The position numbers and the translations under genes are program-made. From positions 31,930,001 through 31,994,000 of the forward strand of contig OX597825.1 in assembly GCA_951406725.2 (NCBI GenBank): a stretch of DNA of 64,000 nt, in the 5' to 3' direction. The notes beneath the pieces are model-generated. The model worked only from the letters and a program-made list of their open reading frames with translations, was not told where the DNA came from and searched no databases. Positions 62,620 through 64,000 of the stretch are shown in pieces; position 1 is the first letter of the stretch, and each line of letters begins with the position of its first letter. The stretch comes from Octopus vulgaris (Eukaryota).

Positions 62620-62940
62620 GGAGAGAAAACTCAGTTTGCTTCCTAACCACATGGTCCCAGGTTCAGTTCCACTGCGTGATACCTTGGACAAGTGTCTTCT
62701 ACTGTAGCCTCAGGTTGACCAAATCCATGTAAGTGGATTTTATAATAGAAAACTGAAAGAAGCCCATCGCATATATGTGTGTGTGATTGTGTCTGTGTTT
62801 ATGTCCTTGTAACTTAACGGTTCAGCAAAAATGATTTATATAAGTACCAAGCTCAAATATATACTGGGTTTGATTCATTCAACTATAATTCTTCAAAGCA
62901 GTGCCCTAAAATGGCTACAGACTAATGAATGAAACAAAAA
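62620..62940 (+). mobile_element. SINE family A copy, diverged
   Basis: colinear with 27519-27912. Confidence 0.8.
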
Positions 62941-63339
62941 CTGAGACATTGTTACTGAAGGTAGGGTGACTGTTTTAATGTCCACTTTTCCATGCTTGTA
63001 TGAGGCAGATTTTATACTGCTGGATGCCCTTCCTGACACCAACCATCACCTGTCTCCAAACAAGATATTTCCCCATGGTTAGATATATTTCCATGGACTG
63101 GAAATGAGTGACTCCTCTCTATGATGGTAACACTTCTCTATAATTCTCCTGTTATGCCAAGATGAGAAGATATGTGCACACACACACCAATGATGAGATT
63201 TCAGCTTCTACACCATTCATTCACAAGGTTTTAGTCGCCTCATGGCTATAGTAGAAGACATTTACCTCACAAGTGTTGTGTAGTATAACAATCCAAAACC
63301 ATGCAATTGGGAAGTTGTGCCTTTGTCAAAGTAGAAATA

Positions 63340-63770
63340 AATTTATAAAACCTGTAAGTACCAACCCTTTTTGAGGTCTTGAGATTTGTAAAGATCGAAA
63401 GAATACAACTGCAAATATGTGCATCATAAACGGGGTTCTTCTGAAGTGTCTTTGGAGTAATGTTACTAAACAGAGTGGATAGCTCGGAGATGAGAGAGGA
63501 GCCACTACTTTTCTGAATTGAGGAATCACAGCACTGATACTATTGTATCTTGTGGTGAGAATGAAACAAGAAAAAATTCCTGAACATGTTTTACAGGTCA
63601 AACCAACAAGCAGGAAACCCTGGAGTAGACCATGAGCAAGATGGTTGGGTCCATAAAGTTGGTTAGTCTCACTTTGGGATTCAATCGGATCAAGTGAAGA
63701 TGGTCACTTCTGACAGGATCTGATGGTGATTGAGGAATAAGTGGTTGAAGAAGATGGGATCTAATTATCA
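63340..63770 (+). mobile_element. Degenerate RTE (Expander-like) LINE 3' fragment
   Basis: reads VVRMKQEKIPEHVLQVKPTSRKPWSRP*ARW, an RTE C-terminal motif with stops. Confidence 0.72.
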
Positions 63771-64000
63771 CAGCATTGTAGGATTTCTTCCTCTTTGTTT
63801 TAAAAATGTATATGCAAGGAAACAAGAAAAGCATCCGAACAATATATTCAACTCTTTATTCGGGTATATTGTGAAATGTACGTTTTTGGTCGGTCAGCAA
63901 CCACACAGCAAATCTGGAGTTAATCAAAAACACGTTTACAGTGTTCAATGGCTGCATCCCAAGTCTCCGATGCAAGGAACACGACAGAACTTTTTCCGTC

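Noticed and set aside
249-63834. Most short ORFs in the supplied track
   Set aside because: They are low-complexity, microsatellite- or SINE-derived, or antisense to or overlapping real exons; no independent gene is supported.

Overview
AT-rich animal genomic DNA. The SINE/MITE families look like octopus (cephalopod) repeats; this is recalled, not searched. The window holds the 3' part of one plus-strand spliced gene, a DENND4/Crag-family Rab GEF (end of MABP, uDENN-cDENN-dDENN, PPR repeats, long Ser-rich linker, Cys-containing C-terminal region). I traced 31 GT-AG exons from 3043 to the TAA stop at 53050. All phases join and the total is 5475 nt (1824 aa plus stop). The N-terminal exons appear to lie upstream of the window. 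Introns and the downstream region are filled with tRNA-derived SINEs, LINE 3' fragments (RTE, CR1, Hero-like), Helitron/Helentron-type elements, TTAA and TA MITEs and long fold-back elements. The strongest second-look items are: a canonical minimal type I hammerhead ribozyme (2012-2056) in a Penelope-like fragment; a pre-miRNA-like hairpin inside a 115-bp insert flanked by 13-bp direct repeats (10231-10371); an 840-bp fold-back element with internal telomeric repeats and a 6-bp TSD (59265-60104); and a mariner element built from two 5' ends (51318-52167). Almost all other ORF-track entries are spurious or repeat-derived. All calls were made by eye without database searches.
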